The notes under the pieces: model-generated
The model's database searches: none
Seen by the model: only the letters and a program-made list of their open reading frames with translations
What the model was told of the DNA's origin: nothing
Assembly: GCF_035594765.1 (NCBI RefSeq)
Contig: NC_085846.1
Coordinates: forward strand, 68,187,190 to 68,251,189
Direction of reading: 5' to 3'
DNA from: Anolis carolinensis
Taxonomy: Eukaryota
DNA length: 64,000 bases
Shown: positions 1-24,600 of the stretch, piece after piece
Layout: every line of letters begins with the position of its first letter
How positions within the stretch are numbered: the stretch's first letter is position 1
Program-made: the position numbers and the translations under genes

Positions 1-1408
1 GCATTTTGAAAGCATGAATTTTATACATAAATAGGAGCAACTCAAGCTTTTTAGTATTTATTGGCATTTGAGGCTGGTAGTGCCAAAGAAGAGGTAAGAA
101 CTGTTTTTGTTCTTTTTCTTCAAATTGTTACCGATTTATAGAGACCCTAAGGTGACTTTATCATAAAGTTTTCTTTGGGGAGGGGAAAGTTGTCTTGGCC
201 TCCCTCCGAGGCCAAGGAAGTGTGACTTGTTCTGCCCTGTTCTCCAGAGTCCTAGTTCATGCTGACTCAATACAGATAAGAATACAGTTGCAAAAATGCA
301 CTGAAATTACAGTGTAATCTACAGGAATCGAGGTTTTGAGTCAATTGTGAATTTGTTTCAAGTGTCAAGGTCCCATACATACATGTATATATACACAAGC
401 ATGTTTCTTTCTCCTCCTGCCTGATTACAGTTGAATAGTCTTTAACAAGAAGTCTGTCAGTTTAGAGTTCAGTAGAAAAGCAATTTTACAAACAGTTTCC
501 GAAATATATCTAGTGTTATTCCAGCAAGCAAAGATGGACTGAAAGGAGTGCTTAAATCCTACAGTAGTTGAAGTGAACCCCACTAATTGTAGGACTGCTT
601 CTCTTCTGGATTGAAGCATCTCATTCAGATAGCTGGAGAATAACTTACAAATATGTACAGTACTTCAGAAAAGTAACCATTACTTTAAATTTGTATTATT
701 AAAAATACTTGTTACAGGGTACAGCAAAGATGGTGACAGACTTTCACAGGTTTTAACTATTCCTTATTCGCCTTGCCTCCACCATTTTTGATAGCTGCAT
801 AATCAACAGGCAGGTTTTTATGCAGAAGTCTTATTCTCTCCCAACACAGTACAATTTTTATTATATTCAGTTTTGCGTTCACAAGTAACAGGCACAGAAA
901 AACGTGATTTTTGGATTCAAGGAACACTTAAGACCTCATGATTCATACTGAGGCAAAGTGTTGTAAAGGAAGTAACAGGCATGTGTGATGCATTACAAAA
1001 TGATGGACCTTGTTTACAATACAATGCTAAATTATGATGTAAGGTGACATGTCCTGTCAGCCTAGCGAAGTTTTAGGCTGCCAGAAGAAATATAGGAGAA
1101 ATAATTCTTTCACTTTTCTCAGCTCCTGGCTTGTAGTTACATATAAACCATTCATCGTGCAATTCCACTGCAAAACAAATGATTGTGTAATGAAACTGGT
1201 TAATTTAACAACATAGTCCTTCAAAGCCATATTTCTACATGACAATAAAAAACCAGTATTCTAATACAGACAATGTGACAATTAGAGAGTGCTCAAGCCT
1301 GCAGTTTTTCTTATGCTAGCAGAGATAAGTGCATAAGAAAACTGTTTTTTACAATATAGACCCCTTTAATTGGTTTGACTGACAACTCCCAGAATTTCAT
1401 CATCCACA

Positions 1409-1672
1409 ATGAGCCCCCGGTGACGTAATGGGTTAAACCCATGTGCTGGCAGGACTGCTGACCAAAAGGCGGTTCAAATCTGGGGAGCAGGATGAGCTGT
1501 CTGTCAGCTTCAGTTCATGCGGGACATGAGAGAAGCCTCCCACTGGATGGTAAATAACATCTGGGCGTCCCCTGGGCAATATCCTTGCAGACAGCTAATT
1601 CTCTCAAGTCACTTCTCACACCAGAAGCGACTTGCAGTTTCTCAAGACGCTCCTGACGTGAAAATAAATAAA
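1409..1672 (+). mobile_element. tRNA-derived SINE (Anolis SINE2-like)
   Basis: tRNA-like head (GGTTCAAATC box B) and A-rich tail. Confidence 0.7.
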
Positions 1673-2089
1673 TCATCCACTGTGACTAAGGCTGATGGGA
1701 GCTGTAAGCCGAAACATTTCAGAGCTGCCTATGTAGAGGAAGGTCTATGAAATTACCAAGTAATGTTTTAAATAGGAACTAAGGTTACAACAGCTATTAA
1801 GGTATTTGAGTCTAAATTACACATTTTAGAAAATATTAGATATTTTGTACAATTACTTTATGTCTGTTTTTCTTATATTGTCATGCTAGCAAGTAAACTG
1901 CTTACCATCCATACTTGGTCTACAAGGCAGTTGCCATTGTGGATTACACACAAGTAAATTTTGTTGGACCCTCATACATTCTGAAAGATGTGAGTTTACA
2001 GTTATTAAGTTAACATAAATAAGCGGACTAAAAATGGGCCGTCATCCATGAAAGGCCAAACATGATACAAAAGTAATGCTGAAGTAGTG

Positions 2090-14629
<12,540 letters not shown>

Positions 14630-14841
14630 GGCCGGCCTCCCCGAAACGACGCCTCAGGAAAAGGTCCCAGGATCCTCTGAGGCTACAAGGCAGCCGCTCT
14701 CCTCTTTGCGACTGAAGAAACTCGGCCGACAAGAGACACGTCGCCTTGAATGGCTCTTCCTGGAGTAACAGCAAAAGGCGTCCGCGGTTTGCTAAATCTC
14801 GTTGCTGAGGTTCCGGCTACAAATGGTTCCTCCCTCTATCC

Positions 14842-15036
14842 CAGGCATAGGCAAACTTGGCCCTCCAGGTGTTTTGGACTTCAACTCCCACCATTCCTAA
14901 CAGCCTCAGCCCCTTTCCTTTTCCCCCTCAGCCGCTTAAGCGGCTGAGGGGGAAAAGGAAAGGGGCTGAGGCTGTTAGGAATGGTGGGAGTTGAAGTCCA
15001 AAACACCTGGAGGGCCCAAATTTGCCCGCCATGCTG
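14842..15036. mobile_element. Palindromic hAT-type MITE
   Basis: Perfect 158-bp palindrome 14859-15016 centred on GCTTAAGC; related short MITEs at 12458-12590, 36392-36510, 45148-45419 and 49868-50003. Confidence 0.75.
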
Positions 15037-15043
15037 TAGTTTC

Positions 15044-15265
15044 TCCTGCCAACCTAGCAGTTTGAAAACATGCAAATGTGAGTAGATCAATAGATACCGC
15101 TCCGGCGGGAAGGTAACGGCGCTGCATGCAGTCATGCCGGCCACATGACCTTGGAGGTGTCTACGGACAACGCCGGCTCTTCGGCTTAGAAATGGAGATG
15201 AGCACCAACCCCCAGAGTCGGTCACGACTGGACTTAACGTCAGGGGAAAACCTTTACCTTACCTT
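15044..15265 (+). mobile_element. Sauria SINE (3' part)
   Basis: Conserved core; (ACCTTT)n tail. Confidence 0.85.
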
Positions 15266-15589
15266 GCTGTAGTTTCACAAGGCCTTTCACCATCTCTGCC
15301 CGACTTGAGCATCGCCAAACTACAACTCCCAGAGTCCCATAGATGTTTCAGACATGGCAGTAAAAGTGGTATCAAACTGCATTTATTCTACAATCTAGAT
15401 GCATCCTTGTTTGTCATTGGGATTCCACAGCATAGTTGAGGCACCTTACAAATTTGGAGGCCAGGGTTTGAATCCCTGCTCAGTCAGAGTGCCTTGGGCG
15501 AGTTGCACTCTGTCAGCCTCAGAGGAAGGCCATGGCAAAACAAAAACTTGTCAAGGAAACTCCACGATCGATGGGTTTTGACATCAAGG

Positions 15590-15830
15590 GCTTGGGCCGG
15601 GCTGTGGCGCAGGATGGTGAGCAGCCAGCTGCTGGCTGCAACAAATCACTCTGACCAAGAGGTCATGAGTTCGAGGCCAGCTTGGAGTCTGTGTTTGTCT
15701 CTGTCTCTGTTCTATGTTAAGGCATTGAATGTTTACCTTATATGTGTAATGTGATCCGCCCTGAGTCCCCTTCGGGGTGAGAAGGGCGGAATGTAAATGC
15801 TGTAAATAAATAAATAAATAAATAAATAAA
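15590..15830 (+). mobile_element. tRNA-derived SINE with L2-type tail
   Basis: Box B GAGTTCGAGGCC; tail CCGCCCTGAGTCCCCTTCGGGG...(TAAA)n; a reverse copy lies at about 13850-14073. Confidence 0.7.
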
Positions 15831-16017
15831 ACACACCTAAGGATAGAATATAGCATCATTGTGATGTGATTTTATAAGCTCTTGTGGTTTTAGTTTTAAT
15901 ATTAATGTTGTTTAAAATATTGTTTGAATATTTGTATACTACTTTTAACTAGACCTATTGCTTACACCAGCAAGAGCAGGTTATACGAGCAGGTTAATGT
16001 TTTATATGTCCTAAATA

Positions 16018-16325
16018 GAGTCCCCGGTGGCTGAACTTGTTGACCAAAAGGTCGACGGTTCGAATCCGGGGAGCGGGGTGAGCTCTCGCAGTTAGCCCCA
16101 GCTTCTGTCAACCTAGCAGTTTGAAAACATGCAAATGTGAGTAGATCAATAGGTACCACTCCGGCGGGAAGGTAACAGCGCTCCATGCAGTCATGCTGGC
16201 CACATGACCCTGGAGGTATCTACAGACAACACCGGCTCATCGGGTTAGAAATGGAGATGAGCACCAACCCCCAGAATTGGACACGACTAGACTTAATATC
16301 AGGGGAAACCTTTTGCTTTACTTTT
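16018..16325 (+). mobile_element. Sauria SINE
   Basis: Box B GGTTCGAATCC head plus the core shared with the copies at 15044 and 17856. Confidence 0.85.
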
Positions 16326-17520
16326 GTGTCCTAAATTTTACTTAGTTTTATACTTATGAGTGATGTTAGAGTGATACTCAACGTGTCTATTGTTATTTTT
16401 CTTTCTTATGAATTTTATTTGGCTTTACTTTGTTGATTTAATTCTCCCGTATTGTTATGCGCCTACTTTTATTTAATGTGTTGTCAAAGGCTTTCATTTA
16501 TATTGTGTTTTGTTTACTTTTATTTACTTTTATTTATATTGTGTTCCTGTTGTAAGCCTCTCTGAGTCCCCTCAGGGAATGGTGGCGGGATATAAATGAA
16601 GCTTTATTATTATTTATTCATTCATTAAATATTTATTTATTTACTTTATTTCTACTCTGCTCATCTTGCCCCGAAGGGGACTCAGAGCAGCTTACAGTTG
16701 AGCCACCTCAGTGCCATATTGGAAATACAAAGTGTATAAATATAATACAATACAAATCAAAGCACATTTAACATAAAATACAAGACAAAAATCACACAAA
16801 GCATAATAACGTCCAGAAACAAGATATAAATAAATATTAAGCATTAAAAACATTTAAAACCAATTACAATTATTGTGGAGACTCATCAATTAAACAGTAT
16901 ATTTCACTAAGCTCAGTCATCAGTGATAAACATGAGCCAGTGAGAAAATTAAGAGAGATCTCCACAAAATTATTTACTTATTTACTTTATTTCTACCCCG
17001 CTCTTCTCACCCTGAGTGGGACTCAGAGTGGCTTACACATTTTGGTAAAGATTCAATGCCACAGTTATACAATAAATACAATATATCATTAAAATCAATA
17101 AACATATAAAATTACAATTAAAACCAGTTAAAACATATATAGCTTTTATGCTGTGTAGTTCACTTTACGTTATAGTCACTTCAACATAAAGGACACAAAG
17201 AAAAAAAATAATGGCTCTACAGCTTTGTTAAAAAACAAATGGAAGAGAAACTATTTATTTATTTATGTAATTTCTATCCTGCCTTTCTCACCCGAAGGTA
17301 CTCAAGGCGGTTTACAGACCTGGCAAAAATTCAATGCCAATAAAAAAAATTAAAAACAATTTACATTAAGCATTAAAACATATAAGACACTATACAAAAC
17401 TTAAAATATAAGAAGTGATTAGAAAAGAATTATTGAGTGAACACAAACACTGCTGTCATTGTTCCTAGGCAAAGTTTAATAATAATAATAATAGTAGTAA
17501 AACTGCAATTTTTACTATTA

Positions 17521-17841
17521 CAATAGAGTCTCACTTATCCAACACTCGCTTATCCAACGTTCTGGATTATCCAACGCATTTTTGTAGTCAATCTTTTCAA
17601 TACATTGTTATATTTTGGTGCTAAATTCGTAAATACAGTAAATACTACATAGCATTATTGCGTATTGAACTACTTTTTCTGTCAAATGTGTTGTATAACA
17701 TGATGTTTTGGTGCTTAATTTGTAAAATCATAACCTAATTTGATGTTTAATAGGCTTTTCCTTAATCCCTCCATATTATCCAACATATTCGCTTATCCAA
17801 CATTCTGCCGGCCCGTTTATGTTGGATAAGTGAGACTATTG
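17521..17841. mobile_element. Tc1/mariner MITE (same family, inverted)
   Basis: TIRs and TA flanks. Confidence 0.85.
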
Positions 17842-17855
17842 TATTTACAAAAGCT

Positions 17856-18146
17856 GCTAAACTTGCAGACCGAAAGGTCCCAGGTTCAAACCCTGGAAGC
17901 GGCGGGAGCGGCCGCTGTTAGCTCCAGCTCCTGCCAACCTAGCAGTTCGAAAACATGCCAATGTGAGTAGATCAATAGGTACCGCTCCGGCGGGAAGGTA
18001 ACGGCGCTCCATGCAGTCATGCCGGCCACATGACCTTGGAGGTGTCTACGGATAACGCCGGCTCTTCGACTTAGAATTGGAGATGAGCACCAACCCCGAG
18101 AGTCAGACATGACTGGACTTAACGTCAGGGGAAACCTTTACCTTTA
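17856..18146 (+). mobile_element. Sauria SINE
   Basis: Same family; ACCTTTACCTTT tail; another 3' fragment lies at 27193-27323. Confidence 0.85.
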
Positions 18147-18289
18147 ATAAAACTGCAATTATTCCATAGCATTGAACCTTGGCACTGAAAGTGGTGTCAA
18201 ATTACATTCCTTCCACAACAGAAAAAAAAAATGCAAGAAGCTGCAGGCAAAGACTCTTGTGTTGTTAATTGGCCTGGGCTTTCATTCCA

Positions 18290-18480
18290 GCAGGCGGTAC
18301 GCAGTTTGCGTGAGGTAGTGTCTCCCAGCTGTGAGAATACGACTTTGCCGCTACCAATCGGAGGCTTGACGCTGTTGTCGCGAGCGAGGGGCGTGGAGCC
18401 TGGGCCCTTTCCCTCGCGGGGCAATTCTCGCAAAGTCTTTAGACAGGCAGGCTGTGGAGGCAGTGAGGGGCGACTCAACA
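18290..18480 (+). promoter_or_regulatory. CpG-rich ACAD11 promoter
   Basis: CCAAT (about 18354), TCGCGAG and GC box GGGGCGTGG (about 18388) upstream of the ATG. Confidence 0.55.
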
Positions 18481-18616
18481 TGGCCAGTGAGCCGGACACC
18501 ACCGAAGTGAGGGCCCAGCACAGGTTTGACCAAGGAGCCTTGGAGAGATACCTGTCCCAGCACCTCTCGGGCTTCCCTCAGCAGCAGAACGAAGCGCTGG
18601 AAATCAAGCAGTACAG
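18480..18616 (+). CDS. ACAD11: ACAD11 coding exon 1
   Basis: [45 protein letters not shown]; good Kozak context (AACATGG); donor AG|GTAAG. Confidence 0.9.
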
Positions 18617-21600
18617 GTAAGGCTGGCCAAGGCCCTGAAATTACCATCCTTGTGCAAAGGTTCTTCACAGGTAAATAGGTCCTGAATCATTGCTCCCTAT
18701 TTAAGCCAGTTCTTGTCAGCCACAAAGGACAACAGTTTCCACAACTGGCAAAAGTTTCTTTCTGTTTACTTCTCCATTCTTCTTATTTACTTTACATGCC
18801 ATGACCCCTTAATACAGTTCCTCATGTTGTGGTGACCCCCAAACATAAAATTATTTTCATTGCTACTTCAGAACTGTAATTTTGCTACGGTTATGAATCG
18901 TAATGTAAATATCTGATATTTATTTATTTATTTGCTACATTTATATGCCGCCCTTCTCACCCCGAAGGGGACTCAGAGCGGCTTACAAATTAAATTTACA
19001 TACAATATTATATTATTAGCCTAGTACAATACTGGTAATAAATTACTATATTGTACTGTATCAATATATTGTAATATTTTTAGAAATATTACATGTAAAA
19101 TATAATATATAATTAATATTATTATATTGTATTATTAGTATTATATCGTATTACAATATAATATTATGAATATTATATGTATATACAATATGTTATAATT
19201 ATTATACATTATTGTAAATTATATTGTGTATATATATACACACAAACACACACACGTGTGTGTATATATATATATCTACACATATATACATATATATAAA
19301 ACTAGCATAGCATGTTATTGCGGGGAGGAGCCTTCAGCTGATGCAAAGAGATAAGATGGAACTCTCTTCATGGCTCCCACTTAGCTCTGGCACCTGAGCA
19401 TCAGTTGGACATGCAGGATGTATTTTGATTCAATGGACCAAATTTGGCACAAATACTCGATACGCTCAAATTTGAACACTGGTGGTTTTGGGGAGGGGTT
19501 GATTTTGTCATTTGGGAGTTGTAGTTGCTGGGATTTACCGTTCACTTATGCTCAAAGAGCATTCTGAACTCCACCAGTGATGGATCTGAACCAAATTTGG
19601 CACACAGAACTCCCATGACCAACAGAAAATACTGGAAGAGTTTGGCAGGCATTGACCTTGAGTTTTGAAGTTGTGGTTCACCTACATCCAGAGAGCACCG
19701 TGGACTCAAACAATGATGGATCTGGACCAAATTTGGAACGAATACTCAATATGCCCAAATGTTGACTTCTGGCAACCTCGTTAATTTCATAGGGTTTTCT
19801 TAGGTGAGAAATCTGTCATTCGTTGGCAGTCTCCCATCCAAGTACTAACCAGGACTGACCTGCTGAGCTTCCAAGATCAGACAGGATCTGGAGCCTTTTG
19901 GATACTTACAACAATGTAAAAACTGGAGACAATGCTGGAACCTATTCTTACCTTTTGACATCTGTGTTTCTCATGCGCAACTTTGAGAAATTTGGATGTC
20001 ACCGAATTAGAGTTACGTACAGTTTCTTAAAACCAGCTGCCCTTCAAAAACACCAGAATAATTCCTCCCCATTGCCAATTATGCAATTGGTGGTATAAGG
20101 AACAGGCCCAGCGTGAAGCAGCCGCCCCAAGCATTACCAAACGGCCCCAAGTTGTTACTTAATTTGTCATTGTTACATTTTCTTTGCTGCTTTTTGTCAG
20201 ATTTATCTTGTCTCCTTGCTGACTTTGGACTTTAATACACTATTATGCAAGTTCTCCAGGGAGTGAAGAGTTTGGAGTTGCAGGTGGGCCGGGGGGGGGG
20301 GGGGGGGGGGAGAGAGAGAGAGAGAGAGAGAGTTTTGTCAGGTTGGGTTTTCTTTTGGTTAAAATTGTATACCTATATACAGGTTGAATATAGGTAGTAC
20401 GCCACACCAGAAAGCTCCAGCTGTCACCATCACCCCATCCCTGAATTCTAGAGAGACATTTGGCAGTGTGATTAAAATACCTACAACTTCTTCAGTTTCA
20501 CTCCAAATTCTTTACAGACAACTAATTTATAACTGGATCCTTTAAAATAATATTATGAATATGATCCACGTATTGGGTCTTGATGTTATAACTTGTTATG
20601 TTTTGAGTTTTACCTGTATTTGGTCATGTTGTGGGGACCATGGGTCGTGGTATTGCTTGAAAGGCAGGCTATCAAACAAATTAACTCATCTTTCTGGGAG
20701 TAAAGGGAGAGAAAGGGCTGTCTCTTATCTTGCTGAGCTTTTTTTTTGTTCCAGGGCAATGAGATTTACCTGACAAACAATAGTTGGTAACTTTGCAAAT
20801 AATGCAGCTTACAGCAGTGACCCTAGATCCATTAACTCCTTCCTGTCCAGTCTACCAATTTTAGTACAATAGTAAACAATTTCCAGTTAATCTTGCTCAA
20901 CTTCTTACCTCTCAAGAAAAAATGAAGCCTCCTTCTAAGTTCATAAGTTGGTATGGTTTGGCAATTGCTTTATTAGAATCAGCCCACATGCACATGAAAT
21001 TGTGCAACCTTAATGCAACTTGCTTGTGCTGGTTGCATTTGAACAGGTTTAGGAGAGGTTGGGGAGGATGCAAAGGAGATTATTGCTTACAGTTGTTGTT
21101 GCGTCCCTTCGTGCTGTTTCCAGTTTATGGCAACCCACGGGATTTTCATTCCAAGAGTATGTTTGCATATGCCTTCACCTTCCTCTGAGAAAGTGTAACT
21201 TGCCCAAGGTCTTCTAATGGGTTTCCATGGCCAAATGGAGATTTGACCCCAGCTCTCCAGAGTCATAGTCCAATGCTCAAATAAATCATTATAGCATTGC
21301 TGGCTCTCGCATTGCTTACTGCAGTTGCTACTACTTAACTAGTTTTGAAACAGTGTTAACAAATAGAAATATTGTGATATTACAATACTCTTTGTTCTTC
21401 AGAATCGGTTAGCGTTTGAAATGGGCATTGTAGAACTAAATTGTTTCTCATACCATAAAGCAGAGAAACACATTGTATTTTTCTTTCAGACTGTTTTCCC
21501 ATTGCAATACAGAATAGGAGAAAGAAATCACCCCCTATGTAGTTTTCAAGGATTAAATTCATTAATCACGCTAGTGCATGTTTTGACTATCAGTTACAGA

Positions 21601-24600
21601 GTTGGCATCTGGGCCAAAGGTGTGTCAGTTTTATCAGCAAATCATTATGTTTATGTAATGGAATTTTATTAAAGACTATCATAGGCATGGTTGTTCTCCC
21701 ATGTACTCCCTGACATAACTCTCCACAAGGTAATGAAATACAGTACTATAGTCTGTGGGATTTAAGCAACTGGGGCTATGGGTTTGTAGCGATTACAGGT
21801 ATTGACCCGAAGGATTAAACTGTGTTTATATGGGAGGTATATATACAAGATCAGGGATCTTGGGAGACAAACTTAAGGTCTTCAGAAGGGTTGCACACAG
21901 CCTTTGGCATGTAAGGTGTAGATTCCTGATTTAGGGGAACCATGATGTTTGTGGGATACTGTGTGGATTAATCCCCATCTAGAATGTTTCTATGGCTTTC
22001 TTAGGGATTGATTTGCATTTTTTCATGACTCCGAAATTAGAATTTGCCTCTTGAATAACATGTAACATCTGTACTGATTTTTGGCCACTTCAGTATCATT
22101 TGGTTAATAAAGCATATTTCAGAAATGTTTCCAAGTGAAATAAAATGCATGCATTTCTCTCTGGCCCACGATGGCTGTAATCTGTCTCTTTACTCACTTA
22201 GCTCTGGACAATCCAACCCAACCTTTTATTTGAAGAAAGGCTCAAGAACATATGTGCTTAAGAAGAAGCCTCATGGTCCTCTACTCCCTGGAGCTCACAG
22301 GGTATAGTAAAATTAGTTCTAACACTCCCTTCAGGATATATGCTTGTGGAATGGATTTCATTTAGAAGCACTGATGCCTTTAGTATTATCATATGTAATT
22401 TGGACAGATAAGGATTGGGAAACCTGTGCCCTCCAGATGTTGCTGTACTACAACAGCCATCATATCTGACATTGGGCATAGTATTGTGATGCGAGTCAGA
22501 GTTTAATTAACATCCAAAGGACTATGAACTCCACAAGTTCTTCACCATAGGGTAGGTGCTAAAGACTGTAATGATGTGATTATATCTCTGTTATTTCAGT
22601 GGTGCTTACTCCCAGGAAACTGTGAGATTGCAGCATTCACACTGTAGTCTTTAAAACATTTTGTCTGGAGGAACAGCCTACCATTAGGCAGAATAAGGCA
22701 TCTGGCTCAGGCACAAGGTGCTGAAGGCAGTAGCAATCCCATTTCTCCTGAATGTCTAACCATTCTGGTTTGTTTAAGTGCTGCTTTTACAGGGCCTGCC
22801 CAAATAGTTTTCTTCCTGCTATTGCCAATATGGTTGGTTGCTTTGTATAAAAAGGAATGGAGTGTCATTTTGTCATTTGCCTTGAGTAGCAAATTGTCCC
22901 ATACCAACCATAGAGTAGTTTCCATTTCACTTAGTAGAACATGCACAATGGGATGTAGTCACGCAATCCCAATTTTGACCCCTTTGAACTTGCGGCAAGG
23001 CAACACTCAACATTAATGCGGGCTTTGGTTGCTTTCACCCCATTCTCAAAATAACTAGAAATTTACCTAAAGTTTTTATTTTCCCACTCTATTGCATACC
23101 CATTTGGTAAAGCAAGACCTAATTCCTTGTTTATATTTCAAGGATAATCACCATTTCTGGAGGGAATTATTTATCCTTGTTTTATTCCAAAGATATTTTT
23201 CTGGTGAGTGGGGATGAGATGTCTAATTTCCCACATAATTGTCGGGCACACATAAGGCACATGTTGCCTCATAACTTTTTCTTAAGACTAATGGTAATCT
23301 ATATAGATCAAGCAAGTAGTTGAATTACTCACTTCTGCTGATCTGAAAGGGTCAAGAGCATAATTTTCTGTGATTACATCCCAAATCATTTATGTTTTTA
23401 CCTTCTCTCGTCTGTCATGTCCTGTTCAGATTGACAGGGAATACCGTGTTCAAAAAGCCTTGCTTGCCACTGGATTTCCTGTTCCTGAGCCCCTCTTATA
23501 CTGCAGTGATACTTCTGTGATTGGAACAGAATTTTATGTGATGCAGCATGTTCAGGTTAGTATTTTCCTTTTCGTATTTTGTGAATTTTAATAAAAAAAT
23601 TTTGTAAGATCCCTTGGTCTCAAGCTGGGAAAATTACTGGATAGAAATAAATATCATCATCATCTGAAGCATATGTGGAATGCTACTGTATTCCTTCTAG
23701 CTCCCATCATCTCCAGCCAACCTGGCCAATGTTTGGGGGATGATGGGACTTGCCTTTAACATCTGGAGGGACATGATTGACCCATCTCCCTCTCTTCATT
23801 TGAATATTTTTGTTTCTTTCATGTATGTTATTTTTAAAATTGATTTCTGTTTTTTACCTATATCTCAGCTAACAAAGTAGATATGTTACTGGACCTTCCT
23901 TTGGTACTTTGGTCAAAATAACATGAACAAAGAGGGACAGGTTCCTGCACCACAAAAAGGAACAGTGAACTTTTTATTCAAAACCAACATTCTAGATGTG
24001 TGAAATTAAAGAACCAGATCAGATAAGCCTTATATAAATGAAAAATTTCTGCATTTTCAAGAGACAATTTGAAAGCTTCTTCCAAAATACATCCAGAGAT
24101 GATCTTTCCCTTTCAATAGTCTCCAGTTTTCTTGTCTCTTTTATTTCAATGGCCAGACTTATAGATCTATGCTTTTTTAAACATGGTGGATGTATCTGGT
24201 GATACATTTTCTCTCTCCTTTCTACATGTTTTAGGGCTTGTGCATATTTTGCCTATGTTTATCTTGCCAGTTGTAGGCAAGCACCCATGGGCAACTGTGG
24301 GATTGATTTTCTGGATTTCTAAATTAGAATCCCAGTCTTTCATACCTCTGGCTATTATTGCATTACACACTTGTCTTTCCAACCCAGCACCAAAAGTCTG
24401 TTTCTTTATCTCTCCTTCAACATCCTCCCAATGGTGCTGCTGTTGGAAAACTTCTATACAGATAGAATGAGAAGTTGGGACTGGAGGCCCTTAAAAAAGA
24501 CTTTGTAAAAATGAGCTTCATTGTCAAAAGTTTGTTAATTGAAGTATTACCACAATTTTATTGTATATTTAAAGTTGTATTGTAAACTTACCAGATAATG

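Noticed and set aside
1-1400. NPHP3 3' end expected from synteny; exon-like segment 35-93 and AATAAA at 1244
   Set aside because: I cannot recognise any NPHP3 coding sequence, and UTR or non-coding exons cannot be supported without transcript data.
18231-18479. 83-aa in-frame N-terminal extension of ACAD11
   Set aside because: The upstream ATG lies 5' of the CCAAT/GC boxes and the extension has no resemblance to ACAD11; 18480 matches the expected start.
19822-19900. Functional 5S rRNA gene
   Set aside because: Truncated, diverged, and lacking proper ends.
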